Positions 11,115 to 23,811 of a stretch of 64,000 bases of DNA are shown one piece after another. Source of the stretch: Ministeria vibrans ATCC 50519 (taxonomy: Eukaryota; Protista; Filasterea); the NCBI GenBank assembly GCA_943704425.1, contig CALSCP010000335.1, positions 77,235-141,234 on the forward strand, in the 5' to 3' direction. The notes below the pieces were generated by a model, which searched no databases, had not been told where the DNA came from, and worked only from the letters and a program-made list of their open reading frames with translations. The translations under genes and the position numbers were made by a program. Each line of letters begins with the position of its first letter. The first letter of the stretch is position 1.

Positions 11115-13549
11115 TTACACGCTGATGGAGCCCTCGCGGAAGTTGGTCTTGCCAATGAGAGCGTTCACCATGACGGGACGGCCACTGCCGTTGCGTGAAA
11201 ACTCCACGGCCTCGCGCAGCACCTCATCAACATTGTCAACGTTGTCGACGACAAAGCCCTTGCCGCCATAGCCGTCCGCGACAACGTGGTAGTCAGAGTA
11301 GTCAAGCATGCACGCTGTATCAAGTCAGATTGGGAGATCAGCAAACAAGAACAAACAAAACACAAAACGAAATTACTGACCGACGTCACTGTTGAAACGG
11401 GGAATCTGCTCACGGGCAATCTGGGTCCAGCAGGCGTCGTTGCCCACGAGCGAGAGCACGGGCAGCTTAAAGCGAGTGTAGGTGTCGTACTCGGCAACGG
11501 AGTAGCCGCACGAGCCGTCGCCCCACAGGATCCACACGTCGGCGTCGGGGCGCACAAGCTTGGCGCCCAGGGCAAAACCACCGCCGACACCAAGAGTGCC
11601 AAAGGCACCCGGGTCGAGCCAGCAGAGAGGCCCGCGTGGACGCACAATGTACGCAGCACTGCCCACAAAGTCACCACCGTCCGCCACGAGAATGCTGTTG
11701 TCGCTGAGCGTCGCTTCAAAGCGCGTCAGCAGCGCCAGAGGGTTCATGTGCTTGCCCGCCGGCTCGAGCGTCTTCTTGGCGTTTGCCTGGATCTTCTTGG
11801 CGTCACGTTCGCGCAGTGTCGTCAGCCATTCGCTGCTCACGGCAAAGCCCGTGTCTTTGAGGCGAGACGCGAGCTCGGCGACAAAGCTGCCGGGGTCGCC
11901 CTGAATGGCGAGCTCGGGGCTCCAGAAGAGATCCGTGTTCTTCTTGAGCGGAATCGGATCGCGGTTGATGGCAATGATGCGGGACTTGCGGCTGAGCGAA
12001 CGGCCATAGTCGAGACGGAAGTCGGGCACTGCACCGCAAAGAATGACCACGTCGGCCTCCTTGAGCGCATCGCGGCGCTGCTGCGTGCACTGGATGGGCG
12101 AGCCACGGCCCAGCAGCCCACGTGTCATGCCGCCCAGGTAGCAAGGAATCCCCATCTGCTCAACACTCTCGCGAAGTTTGTCGGCGGGCGTTGGTGGCAG
12201 CGTCGCCTGACTACCCAGCAGCAGCAGTGGCCTCTTGGCCCCGCGCACCAGTGCCACTGCACGGTCCATCTGCGAGGGCGTCGCCAGCGGGATGTCCACG
12301 CGCAGTGGCGAGCAGTCCTGCGGGTCGTGTGCTCCCGCAAACATCTTGTCGACATAGTGTGTCAGGTACCACTTGACCATTCGGTTCTTCAAAGATTTGC
12401 TCTCGCCCGTCCGACCAAACTCCTAAAAAGAACAAAACAAACTATCAATGATTCCCTCCGTCTCTCTCACTTGTTTTAATTCTTTTTCTTTTTTTTTTCC
12501 ATCTTCGTACCTGCATGACTGTCTTGTACGGGAAGAGTGTGTCAATGGGCATCTCAACAAAGACAGGACCGGGAATGCCCGACTGCGCCTGGCGGAAGGC
12601 CTCGCGCAGCACAGGGACAATGTCGCGCACACGTGAAATACTCGCCGTGTACTTGCACAACGGCTTGAACAGAACCATCTGGTCAATGTCCTGCAATGCC
12701 CCACGACCCTTAAGCAACGTTCCAGCCGCTCCACCAATGAGCAGCACAGGTGACTCGGCCATTTGCGCATTCTTAATGGCCGTAATCGTGTTGGTCAGAC
12801 CCGGTCCGGCCGTCACCGCCGCAACACCCACGGTACCCGACAAACGCGCAACCGCGTCTGCAGCAAACACCGAAGTAACCTTGACTCAAAAAAAAACCCC
12901 CCCCCAAAATAATAACAATAACAATAATAATACAAACGTATGAGTCGTGTGTTGTCAATGCGCAATAGCAAATGGGATGTTGAGTACCTCATGACGCACG
13001 TCAATGACTTGGATTCCCAGCTTCTTGGACGAGACCAGCAGAGGAGAAATGTGGCCGCCGACAAGGGTGAAGACAAACTTGACTCCGTGCTGCGCACAGA
13101 GAGACGAGAGACAAAAGTTGGAGATGGCCAAACAACAAAAAAAAAAAAGGCACGATATTTTGAGGGAAAAGCACAAAGACAGTGGGGAAACACTGGAGTG
13201 GCGAGCGCATGATGATAAAGTGTGTACAACTTTCGGATAGCAACTCAAGCAAGAGTGGAAAGGGCAAGCGGGAGAGACAGAAGGAGGGAAAACAAGATTA
13301 TTTTGTCATCCATTCACTTAGAGAGAGAGACATTAAGAAGAAGAGAGGTGTGTCGCGCCGTCGTACCTCGTGAAAGACCTTGGCCACCAGGTCTCCTCCG
13401 TGCAAGTCAGTGTCCTTGAGGACTGTTCCGTCAACGCGCAGAAAGTTGATCAGTTTGACTACGGCCGAGGCGGACACCAGCGCCGCCGCACCAACGCAGA
13501 TGGCAATGATGGGGTTCTCTGCCGCCAGATCTCCAAGGGGTCCGAACAT
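11115..13549 (-). CDS. ILVBL: Acetolactate synthase-like TPP enzyme (ILVBL/HACL2)
   Basis: N-terminal TM anchor; [71 protein letters not shown]-terminal FREGSISV*. Confidence 0.95.
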
Positions 13550-13927
13550 GATGAGATTCCACAAATAAAAGAGGATGCGAAAAAGTGCTCTTAATTGTTT
13601 ATTGACTATTGCTTACACTGTGTGTTTATTCGAACATTCAACTACTTTTCTGTGTCAATTCTTTTTCAACCATAAGGAGAGAAGAAATAATGCAAAAGAG
13701 CAATGTTTCCTCCATAGGCCTATTAGGCTAACCCCAGGCTACCGCCTCCCCCCAATAAATGAATAAAAAGTATAAAAGATGAAAGATGGAGCGCCCACAG
13801 TCCACACACCCAATAAAACAATAATAATAATTATTATTTCTAACTTTTGATTAATATAATTGTCATGACACTGTACAATATCCTCTTGCTCTCACCCTCT
13901 CCCCTCTTCATACGCTTTTCTTTTTCT

Positions 13928-15546
13928 CTAGAGGCGAAATACAAGACAAACGTGATCTTCGCCAGCAGTGACAATGGCTTGTCCATCGGGTGTGATGACA
14001 AACGCATTGACAGCGTCAGAGTGTCCGTGCAACTGCTGCTCTTCCACTCCCGTTCGCCCATCCCACACGTGCACTGTGCCGCCAAGAGTGGCCGTAATCA
14101 AGCGAGGCTCTCTATAGAAGAAAAAGAAAAAAAAAGAGAAGAAAAAAAAAACACCACAAATCAGACAGGTGTAAGCAATTGAGTTATTTTTACGAGGGGT
14201 GCCAGTGCGCATGAGCGACTCCGACGCTCTTATGGTCGCACTCGTGCCGCACACGCATATTGGCGGTGTCGTATATGCGAGCCTACACACGCACCCACAT
14301 ATACATACACACATAATATATTAGTCAGGATTTTAACAATCCGCCACATCATACCGTTCCATCAAGAGACGACGTCGCCATGTAGGGAAAGGCAGGGCTA
14401 AAGGCAATGGCCTCGACCGACAGCACATGGTCTTCGACACGGAACGGCAAAAGCTTGCCCGTAGTGCCATGCATACCCCGCACCGACCCTTCATCGCCCC
14501 CCGACACAATGATACTCCCGTCCGGATTGGCCGTTGCCCGCACAATTGCTCGCTCGTGAAACCGCCCGTCTGCGCTCTGACTCATCTTTGCAATCGGCTC
14601 TCCGCTTTTCGGGTCCCACACGGTGATCATCGCATCTTCGCCCACCGTAAACACGCTCTTGCCGCCCGACAGAAATCCGCCCGCCGAAAGTCGTGCACTA
14701 TAGCATTAATAAAGCCCAAACACAACAATTAAGTCATGGTAATTCTAGTTCACGAGTGTTTTGTATTTCTTACCTGTGTCCCGCAAAGACACGCATGACG
14801 GTCGCCGACGGAGCAAGCCACATCCACGCAACACCATCAGCACCACCGGCAAGCAACACGTGGCCACGTGGGTGCCAGGTACACCATTGGATCTCGTCCG
14901 CTCCCTCACACGTACTCGCCAACGCACTTCCATCCGAACCATCCACCAGCGTCGATGCTCCACTCAGTATCGCCGACATATCCCACACACGCACCAGGCC
15001 GTCCATACCGCCCGTCGCCAAGTACTTTCCATCGTTGCTAAAGTCCACAGTGACCACCGAGTCGGTGTGGGCGGGCGGCGCAATGCACGCAATCGTCTCG
15101 CCAGTCTCCATGTCCCACACAAAGGCCCGGTCGTCGCCGCCACCAGACGCGACAATGTTCGGTCGCGTCGAGAGGCACGTCACGCAGAAAACAGAGTCGG
15201 TATGGCCTGAAAAGGTCACAGCAGAGTCCGACTAAAAATGTCGTGTGTAAGAAAAAAAAAACAAAACGCCGCCTTGCACACGTTGCGCAATGTCACTCAC
15301 CTCAAATTCGACTTGGGGGGCATCCCCACTCTCGCCCGCGTCGCCGGTGCCGGTGCTTTCGGCGTCGTCAACCTCCCCGTACTGTTCTGCACGCGTTGCG
15401 TCGTCGTCGTCGTCGTCCTCCTCCTCCTCCTCCTCGTTGTCGTTGCCGCCGCCAAGCCGAGCAGCAAAACTGTCGTCGTCGTCCTCCACCACCGTGACAA
15501 TATCTTCTGGGTTGATAAACGTGCCTTCTTCGTCGCTGTCGTCCAT
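13928..15546 (-). CDS. AAMP: WD40 protein AAMP/Sqt1 (uL16 chaperone)
   Basis: Acidic N-terminus, then FSGHTDSVF, ASGGGDDRAFVWD, LATGGMDGLVRVW, WCTWHPRGHVLLAG..WMW. Confidence 0.85.
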
Positions 15547-15720
15547 GATGAGTGAGTGAGCAAGAGAAAAAAATCTGGAACGTGAGTGAGTTTACTCGAG
15601 TCAGTCAGTCAGTCTGCTCACTCTCCCGCGATCTCTCTTTCACTATTTTTTTTATACTCTCTGTTCCAATCATATCAATACCACTCCAAGCACCACCCCT
15701 CAAGATTGAGGCATCCGCAA

Positions 15721-15882
15721 ATGCAGGGTCGTTTTGTTGTTCAAGTGATTGTCACTCTGGTAGTTCTTACCTTTGTCTCGCTCGACTTGGCCGCGTCATG
15801 GAACACCTACATTTCAATGCGCGATGAAGTGAACCAGAGCAGGCGTGACATTGCAATGCTGCAGACCATTTCAGTCAGATGA
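15721..15882 (+). CDS. Orphan first exon of a secreted or membrane protein (no continuation in the window)
   Basis: ATG plus hydrophobic MQGRFVVQVIVTLVVLTFVSLDLAASW, divergent from AAMP; ends at a (CT)n tract. Confidence 0.4.
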   Translation: MQGRFVVQVIVTLVVLTFVSLDLAASWNTYISMRDEVNQSRRDIAMLQTISVR

Positions 15883-15921
15883 TAAAACTCTTTTCCGCTC
15901 ACGACTGAAACATAAAAATCA

Positions 15922-15922
15922 T

Positions 15923-16016
<94 letters not shown>
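15922..16016. repeat. (CT)n microsatellite
   Basis: Direct sequence. Confidence 0.95.
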
Positions 16017-16017
<1 letters not shown>

Positions 16018-16031
16018 ACGTGCGTTTTCAG

Positions 16032-16165
16032 CTGTGACAATTGTAGCCATCCTTCGCCCAACGAAACGCTTCATCGTGACGCAACCAAAAAGTTCACCAT
16101 CAAACACCTTCCAGAGGTACAGAACACACATATACACACGCGCACACACACGCACATACATGCAC

Positions 16166-16197
<32 letters not shown>

Positions 16198-16913
16198 CAC
16201 AAAGACATACACACACACAATGTTTCACTGTTTATGCCATTGTTATTCACTGTACGACTGATTTGTGCGCACAGGCTATCATTTTGCATGTGAAGCGGTT
16301 CCATTGGAAGGGAGTCAATCGCACCAAAATCGCCACTTTTGTCGACTTTCCTCTTGAATTCGACTTCTCGTAAGCCCACATGCACACTCATACACATATA
16401 TTCTTTTTCGTGAACAAGTTAATAATATAGTGCGTTTACAAATGGGAAGGAGACTCAGCAGTACGATTTGACGGGGGTGGTGGTGCACCATGGCAAGGGC
16501 CTTGCTGCTGGTCACTACACCAGCTTCTGTCGCCACTACGACACTGGTACATAACATAATATATTTTACTCGCCTTAAGCACACACACCACATATATATT
16601 ATATATACGCACACCACAAATGCACACACACACACACACACACATGTACATACATGCACGCTACACCCACACACACATACAACGATCATTATTGTATTTA
16701 TTTGTCGCACTTTCTAATTTTGGTTTCATATGTATAGGGAACTGGATCCATCACAATGACGCGCGTGTGGAGAGTGTGAGTGTCGAGCGTGTTCTTCTCG
16801 CTCAAGCGTACATTCTTGTCTACTCTCGTCGTCCCATGCTTCTCTTGGACCTCCAGCCTATGCGCACCTCCCTCAAAAGACCCAAAGGAGCGCTCAACAT
16901 TGCGACTCTTTAA
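16032..16913 (+). CDS. Ubiquitin-specific protease (USP), C-terminal exons only
   Basis: [16 protein letters not shown]|[53 protein letters not shown]; no Cys-box exon upstream. Confidence 0.85.
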
Positions 16914-17094
16914 TTTGCGTTAAAGCGGCAATTGTTCTGTTCTGTGGGTGTGTATCATAAATAAAATATTAATGCGTTGTATAAAACACGAACAAGAAAA
17001 TAATTTTAATGGAGAATAGAGAGCTGTACTCAAACAAGACAATCGTAATAAAAATAATTTAAATAACAGTCTTTTTCTTTTAATACAATACTAA

Positions 17095-17859
17095 TTACAT
17101 TGTTCTTTCGCATATTACATACCAATTGTCGCGTTCAAAGCCAGTCTGGACCACTTTCAGTTGGGCGACACTCCCCACAAGTTCTTCCAGCTCTCCCTTG
17201 CGAAACAAATGATAAAATCGTTGGTAGACCGTCTCCTCAGGTGGTGTGGGGTCAGTCTGATTTGCAGCTGTCGGCTCGCCACTTGAAGGCGTCGTCTTGC
17301 TGGCGGCTGCGGAAGACGAAGACTTGTCAAAGCGACGTTGCAAGTGCCAGGGGACGAGGACGTCGCCGTTGCCGTCGTGTGCGTCGACGAAGCGGCGTTG
17401 TTCGAGCGCCCACACGTAGATGAGAAGGAGTCCCCCGACGCGTACAAGTCGTGCCATCTCTTCAACGGCGCGCGCACGTCTCTGTGGAGTCATAAGGTGG
17501 TGAATGACGGCGACGGAGATGGCCGCGTCAAAGGCAGCGGAGCGCAGTGGCACCGAAAGACAATCGGCAACGACGCAATCGTTGCGCCGCTCTGTATTCG
17601 CGCGACACTCCGCCGCAAGGCCGATGCTGCGGTCAAGGCCGACAAAGGCGAGCCCGCTGCTGGATCGCATGTACTTGCCGTTGCCGCAGCCCACATCGGC
17701 GACGAGGGAGTACGGCGGGAGGCCGTCCAAGAACGTCTGGACGGCGGGCCACGGCGAGTGGCGCGTGTGGCTGAAGTGCGACGCAATCTTGTCGTACACC
17801 GCATGTACGTATTGGGCCTCGAGCTCGTCTGCCTCAACATCGCTTTTCGGTTCGTTCAT
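17095..17859 (-). CDS. TRM9: tRNA wobble-uridine methyltransferase Trm9/ALKBH8-MTase/TRMT9B-like, intronless
   Basis: LEAQYVHAVYDKIASHFSHTRHSPWP, DVGCGNGKY, ISVAVIHH, IYVWALEQ, YQRFYHLFRKGEL, NW. Confidence 0.92.
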   Translation of the reverse strand: MNEPKSDVEADELEAQYVHAVYDKIASHFSHTRHSPWPAVQTFLDGLPPYSLVADVGCGNGKYMRSSSGLAFVGLDRSIGLAAECRANTERRNDCVVADCLSVPLRSAAFDAAISVAVIHHLMTPQRRARAVEEMARLVRVGGLLLIYVWALEQRRFVDAHDGNGDVLVPWHLQRRFDKSSSSAAASKTTPSSGEPTAANQTDPTPPEETVYQRFYHLFRKGELEELVGSVAQLKVVQTGFERDNWYVICERTM

Positions 17860-18231
17860 TTCAATGAATAAAAAAAAAATTCTGAAACGTTTCCCGGTTT
17901 TAAATATTAGTCATGAAAATAGGTATAGTTCAACGAAGAGTAGTACAATGCTTCCACCATAGGCCACCCTCAAGAAGAAGAAGCAACCATAGACTCACAG
18001 ATCCGCTTTTGCAGCAAAAGCATGAATAATTGGAAGAATTCGGAGAGAGACTGGAGGCAGGGACACCGAGAGCACGTCCCTGCGAGACAAAGCTGTACTA
18101 TAATCATAACAATACAATTATTATGGAGAAGACGTCTTGATTAAAAAAGACTAACACTTAATACTAGACTCCCGCTATAGCCTATAGGCTAACCAAAAAT
18201 TCAAAGTTGAAGTGATTCCAAGTGCTTTGTA

Positions 18232-21200
18232 TTACATGGTGGTCAATGATGGCAAGACGGCGGCAGTCGACGTGGATGCAGTGCGTTGCGTTGGCTGCTG
18301 AGGCGGCTGCTGTGGTGGTGGTGACTGTGCCTGCGCTTGGCGTTGAGTGCCGGAGTGTTCGCGTTCACTCGGCTCGATGGGTGATGGAGTGGGACCCAAC
18401 GAGCGAATCTTGTGCTCGCTCTTGCTGAAGAGCGACGGAAGCACGCTGCCCGTCGAGAGAGTGGACGCCTGACGGGAAGCAGCGGTATTGTCATTGGCGA
18501 CGTCGACGACAAGAAGCGCTGCTGACTCTTCGCGGGTAACACGTTTGGTGGGAACAGGCGCCACGAGTGTGGCCATTTGCGGCGGTGGTTGCGTCTGTTG
18601 TACAGGCGGTTGAGGAGGTAGAGTGCGCGTGGCGCTGGTCAGGGTGGCAGTGGTGGTCGTGGTGGTGGTAACCACAGGTCCGATAATGCCAGCGCTTGAT
18701 GTGGTGACTTTGGTCTGTGAGAGCGACAGGGACGCACTGGCCGCCTTGGCAGCGTCCTGCTGATCATGGGCGGCGACGGTAGCAGCGGCAGCAGCGGCAG
18801 CGGCGGTACGGGCCTGCGCAGCCACCTGAGCCTGCTGCTCCTTACGGCGCGCACGTCTTCTCTCGCGCGCAGCCTCCTCCTCATCATCCACCGCTGACTC
18901 CTGCTGCGGCTGTTGCTGCTGCTGCTGTGGCTGCTGTGGCTGCGGTGGCTGTGGTGGCTGCGCGGGCCCTTGATCATGAGCACTCGCCTCTGCCTTGCGC
19001 TTGATCGACCGTTGCTTGGGCATTGTTCCGGCCGGCTTATCGCCCACCGGTGGATGCGGCAGCACGCCCTCACCACCGCCGCCACCCCCAGTCGTAGTAG
19101 TCGTAGTAGTCGTGGATGTCGCCGTGGCCGTTCCTGCGCCCTCTCCTCCTTTCTTGTTGCTCACTGGCACTCCTCGTGGCTAATAGATGATCGTCCATGT
19201 CAATATCAATCAAGCCTAAATACCTCTTTAAGTTTTTACCACTGGTTTCGTAATGTCAATTCCGCGTTTGTCCAGCGATCGCAGTTCCCGAAAGTACGGA
19301 TGACGCAGCGCCTGTCGAGCAGATAATCTAAAGCACATGGAATAAAACCCCAAAAATCAAAGGTCAAAAAAACTGGGCAAAAAGAGTTCAATAAACTGAC
19401 CTCAAATCCGGATCATATTCCAACAATCCGCGGAGCAAATCAATGCAGTCTGCGCTCACGTGCTGTAGCTTTGCTGCAATCCCCACTCCACTTTTTTCGG
19501 GGAATTTGAACTTCATTTGTGGCGAATTTCTGAAAAAAAGAAACAAAAGTGAGCTTTGTCTTCATTGTTAATTCTTCTTGTTTACTTTCTGATCTTCTCA
19601 AAGACTTCTTTTGAAGGAGTTCCAATAATGTCGTGAATTTTGGCAATCTGATCGAGTTCATTTGCGCCAGGAAAAAGCGGATAGAGCGAAAGAACCTAAA
19701 AACACAAGCACACGCGCACAGCAAACAGGTTTAAGTATATTTTAATGTGAAAACTGCTTGCACAAAGTAATAAACAAAACGAAAGCGAGTCACCTCAAAA
19801 AGAACACAACCGACACTCCACATGTCCATTTTGTACGAGTAAAACCCGTCAGTAAGCAGACACTCGGGAGCGCGATACCATCGCGTGCTAATGTACTCAG
19901 TATAGGGCTGAGAGAAGACAGGAAAAAAAAAAAGAGAGGCGGAAATGAGACGTTTAAAATAACAAACAACTTTTCTTCTTTTTTGTTTACTTGGCGACTG
20001 TATACGCCTCTGCATGAGCCGAAATCGGCCAATTTGATGATGTTGTCTTTAAGAAGCACATTTTCTGGTTTGATGTCGCGATGGAAAACACCATTTCTAC
20101 TCGCCACAACACACAGGCGATTAGTTAGTAATTAATAAAATAATGGGTTGTATTCTTCTTCTTCTACTTATATTAATTTGTGTGTGTGTGTGTTGATTTA
20201 TAGTAATAATTACCTATGCATGTGATCCAGTGCTTTGCAGAGCTGGTACGTGTACAGTTTGACGCGTGCTTCGCTTGGGTACTGTCGGCGACTGCGAATA
20301 AACTCGTAGATGTTCATGTCCAGCAGTTCCATCACAAGAGCCAGTTTGCCTTGTTTTTTTTCACTGAACAACAAAGCAAGCCAAAAAAAACATAACAGTC
20401 ATTAATGCATCAATACAAATGAGAATAAAAGAATAAAAATAACGTCACAGTGTAATTTATATATTAGTAGAGTGATCATGAGAAGGACAAGAACGTTTAG
20501 AAGCATCAGCTTTTGGTATTCATGAGAATGATTGTGAAGTAAAGAGAACTGAAAAATTCAAATCATCACATTGAAGAGAGTATGTACAAACGTCTCGTAG
20601 TTGTACACACGGAATAATATGTCTTGCAAGGTATTTTTGATCAAAGAATTTGTGGACATGCGTTGCCAGGGGCGACCGGATAATCAAGAGGCAGAGCAAG
20701 GCGAATGGTGCATTGTGCACGGTATCAATTGTTCCAATAGGACAATGCGGTCAACATGGGAGGTTGGTTGTTGACGGGGGAGCGTCAAGATGACGAGAGT
20801 AGTGAGGAGAATTTTTTTCTCAGACTTGGTATCTGTTCGTAAAACGACGGTAAAGAAAAGGATTCTTACTAGATAACCTCGTACAGCTTGACGATGTTGG
20901 TGTGAGGATTTAGTCTTTTGAGAGCCTGGATCTCTCTCAGGTTGTTGACTTGCTCCAGACTGACAGTGATGGAACGTAAAAGACAAAAGGCAAACGTCAG
21001 TGGACAATCGGGCCATTTCCCGTTGACAGCGAGTACCTTTTGAAGCGAGTCTTCATGATCTTAATGGCCCGCCAGGATCCATCCTACTCAGATGAAAGGT
21101 GGCGCGTGAGAAAAGCAAGCGTGCAGGGAGCAAGGCGATCATTTTTCTTCTTCGCGCGCGTAGCAACCAGCCCGGCAACCAAGTCGCATTTTTCATTTTC

Positions 21201-21453
21201 TGTTTTTTTTTTCTATTTCTTTTGCAATCCCACTTAATGCCCTCTTGATGTAGTACGATGGAAGACACACAGTCGTTAGAGGCATAAGCAGCCCCGACAC
21301 GTACCTTGGTCGATTGGCATTTCAGCACTTCGGCAAAAGTGCCTTCGCCCTTTTTGCCTCGGACAACGTACTCTAAACGTCAAAGAGAGGAAGGAGGAAT
21401 GACGAGACACATCCAGACGATGATACCCAAGCAAGGCAGTACTTACTGTCCAT
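18232..21453 (-). CDS. MOK: MOK/RAGE MAPK-related kinase with low-complexity tail
   Basis: [88 protein letters not shown]. Confidence 0.93.
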
Positions 21454-21601
21454 AGATGTGGTTACACAAAAAAGATTACAAAAATATTGGAATTTGTTAT
21501 GTTATTCTAATTATCGAAATTTATCTTTCTGCTTTCCAATGCGCTCTCCACACACGTAATCCGGAATGTGTACAATACAAATAGATCTTGATTTCACATG
21601 T

Positions 21602-22554
21602 TTACTCAAATCGCCGCAAAACAACGGGCTCTTGTCGGTTGGGCACAGTCACTTGGCTTGTCTCAGAGGGAGTCCAGCCTTGTACGTAGTCCGGACCAAA
21701 TTTGTAATCAATCGTGACAAGGCGACGTCCAGGAGCAGCTGAAAGCCATGCACGGAAGGTGTCGGAGAACTTGTCAAGCGCGGGGGGAAGGAGATACACA
21801 ACAATGGCGGTGGCGCCAAGTGATTCGACGTCAACGGTGTACATGTCCTGTGCGACAAACGAAACGCGATCACTCAGTCCCAGTTCCTCCGCTTGATCTT
21901 CGGAGTGTTCAATCAAAAACGGATCCAACTCAACTCCAATGGCGCGCAGTTTCGCGTGTCTACATGTACAATGAGAGTGTGAGAGCTGACGACAATGACA
22001 CGTTTCGTTGTATCTGAACCGTTTCAGTGCGGTAAAGACCACACGCCCATCGCCAGAGCCCATATCAAGCAGCACATCATCATCACGGAGATTCGCAAGG
22101 GCCAAAGCGGCGTCCAGTGCCGCTACGCGCGTCGGGAGGTAGGGCGACGTGAATTGTGTGCCCTCCATCGGACGCGTATTCACTGCAGGCGGTACGGCGG
22201 TCAGTGAGCCCTTCCTCTCACCACACTGCCTTACCCAAGGTGTTTGGCACAGGGTTGTCCAGCTCGTCGATGTCTTGCGGCAGCTCCGCAGAGTCCTACA
22301 GAGTGGGTAAGACACGCTGAGTGGCGCAGAAGCGGCACTTTCGTTGTACAGTGAAAGGAAGGCCATCCATTAGAAAAATCGACAAGGCCCCTGAGCTCCA
22401 CACGCACACACACACACAAAGGCAACGGTGAGAAGGACCAGGATCAAACGACGAATCTGAAAAGTAATTTTGTGAATACTGAATAGTGATCACAAACGAA
22501 AAGACTGAAACCTCATCAACCACTTTGAGCTACAAAAGCATCGAGAGGGAGCAT
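21602..22554 (-). CDS. Class I SAM-dependent methyltransferase (FAM173-like); start uncertain
   Basis: SPYLPT, LLDMGSGDGRVV, AIGVELDP, ATAIVVYLLP. Confidence 0.78.
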
Positions 22555-22806
22555 CGAGTCAAAGACGAGCTACTGAATACTGATGGCCAGACAGGTAACA
22601 CGCGACGCACCAGATCGGAATTCAGGAAACGCAACGAGTTAACTCTTCTCCTCCGTTAACTTCATAACACTGCACACACATAATTTTTTACCCTCATCCT
22701 TTCCCATTCATCGCGAATCACTAATTAATCATCTCTCCCATCGACACACACACGCGGGACGCCCTCATTTCAAGCGCAAAAGCCTTCTCTTGTGTTTTTT
22801 GTGCCG

Positions 22807-23085
22807 ATGCTTCGCATTTTCATCGCGTTAGCTCTCCTTTCTGGCGCAGTCCACGCCGCCGTCACCATGGAGGGGGTTATGCCGAGCATGGGCTCGTTCC
22901 GGATGTGCACGCGTCGCAACGACTCGCTCTTTGTGACGGATGCAGCGGGTGAGGCGCAGACAGAGCTGTCGCGCGCCACTGGACTGCGTCTCGCCGCCTT
23001 CCGCAACTACGCGCTCACCGACAATCGTGGCCGCGTGTCGACAGGTTCCTGTCGATCCAATGTCACTGTCGGAGGCCTTTGGCAG
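22807..23085 (+). CDS. First exon of an unknown secreted protein
   Basis: Signal peptide MLRIFIALALLSGAVHA; exon ends at CAG|GTACT before a poly-T tract. Confidence 0.55.
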
Positions 23086-23097
23086 GTACTGTGGCTC

Positions 23098-23135
<38 letters not shown>

Positions 23136-23138
23136 TAG

Positions 23139-23780
23139 TTGGCACATCTTCACGAACAAATTGGCGAACATGAAGCGGCAGCTCATTACTACACTCGCGT
23201 TACCGAACGCGCAGCAACTGTACATCTTTTCTGTTAACTGCTCATTTGAGTTCTGTCCATCACACTCCTTTTCCCCTCCTTCCCCGTTCTCTCAGATGGA
23301 ATATGCGTCTGCTGTGCGTGCGTGTAAGTTTCTTGCGCAGCACTTCCTGTCCAAGGGCGAAAATAGTCGTGCTGAAGTCTACCTCAACCGTCTCCTTGAC
23401 TTTGGTGGCCCCGTACGCGCACACTCACCAGCAATTTAACATATTTTACTCATTGCCTCTCTCTCTCGCGCTCTATCTTTCACTTTGTTTCTTTTTCCCT
23501 CCCTCTTCTTTCTCTCTCACTACCTATCACTTTGTTTCTCTTTCTCTCTCTCACTATCTATCACTTTGTTTCTCTTTCCCTCCCTCTAATTTTTTTTTCT
23601 CTCTCTCTCGCTTTTTCTCTACTACTTGTTTCTTTCTCCTCTCCCTGCCTCTTCCTATATTTGCAGGATCGCGAGATTGCGAAAATTCAACTGCAGAACA
23701 TGCGCATTTCAGATTCACTCTCAATCGATGGCGATGGGGGTTTGGGTGGACTAGACTGCAGTCGCAACACCATTGTGTAA
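23139..23780 (+). CDS. CDC23: APC8/CDC23 C-terminal three exons only
   Basis: LAHLHEQIGEHEAAAHYY..|..KFLAQHFLSKGENSRAEVYLNRLLDFGGP|DREIAKIQL resembles the last TPRs of APC8. Confidence 0.7.
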
Positions 23781-23811
23781 TAGGAACAAGGAACAACATA
23801 CAATACACTGT

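Noticed and set aside
11286-12479. Long antisense ORFs (this one, 42515-43495, 6226-6927 and others)
   Set aside because: Shadows of GC-rich coding sequence on the opposite strand
20829-20838. GTATCTGTTC, as in U2 snRNA
   Set aside because: The flanking U2 sequence is absent
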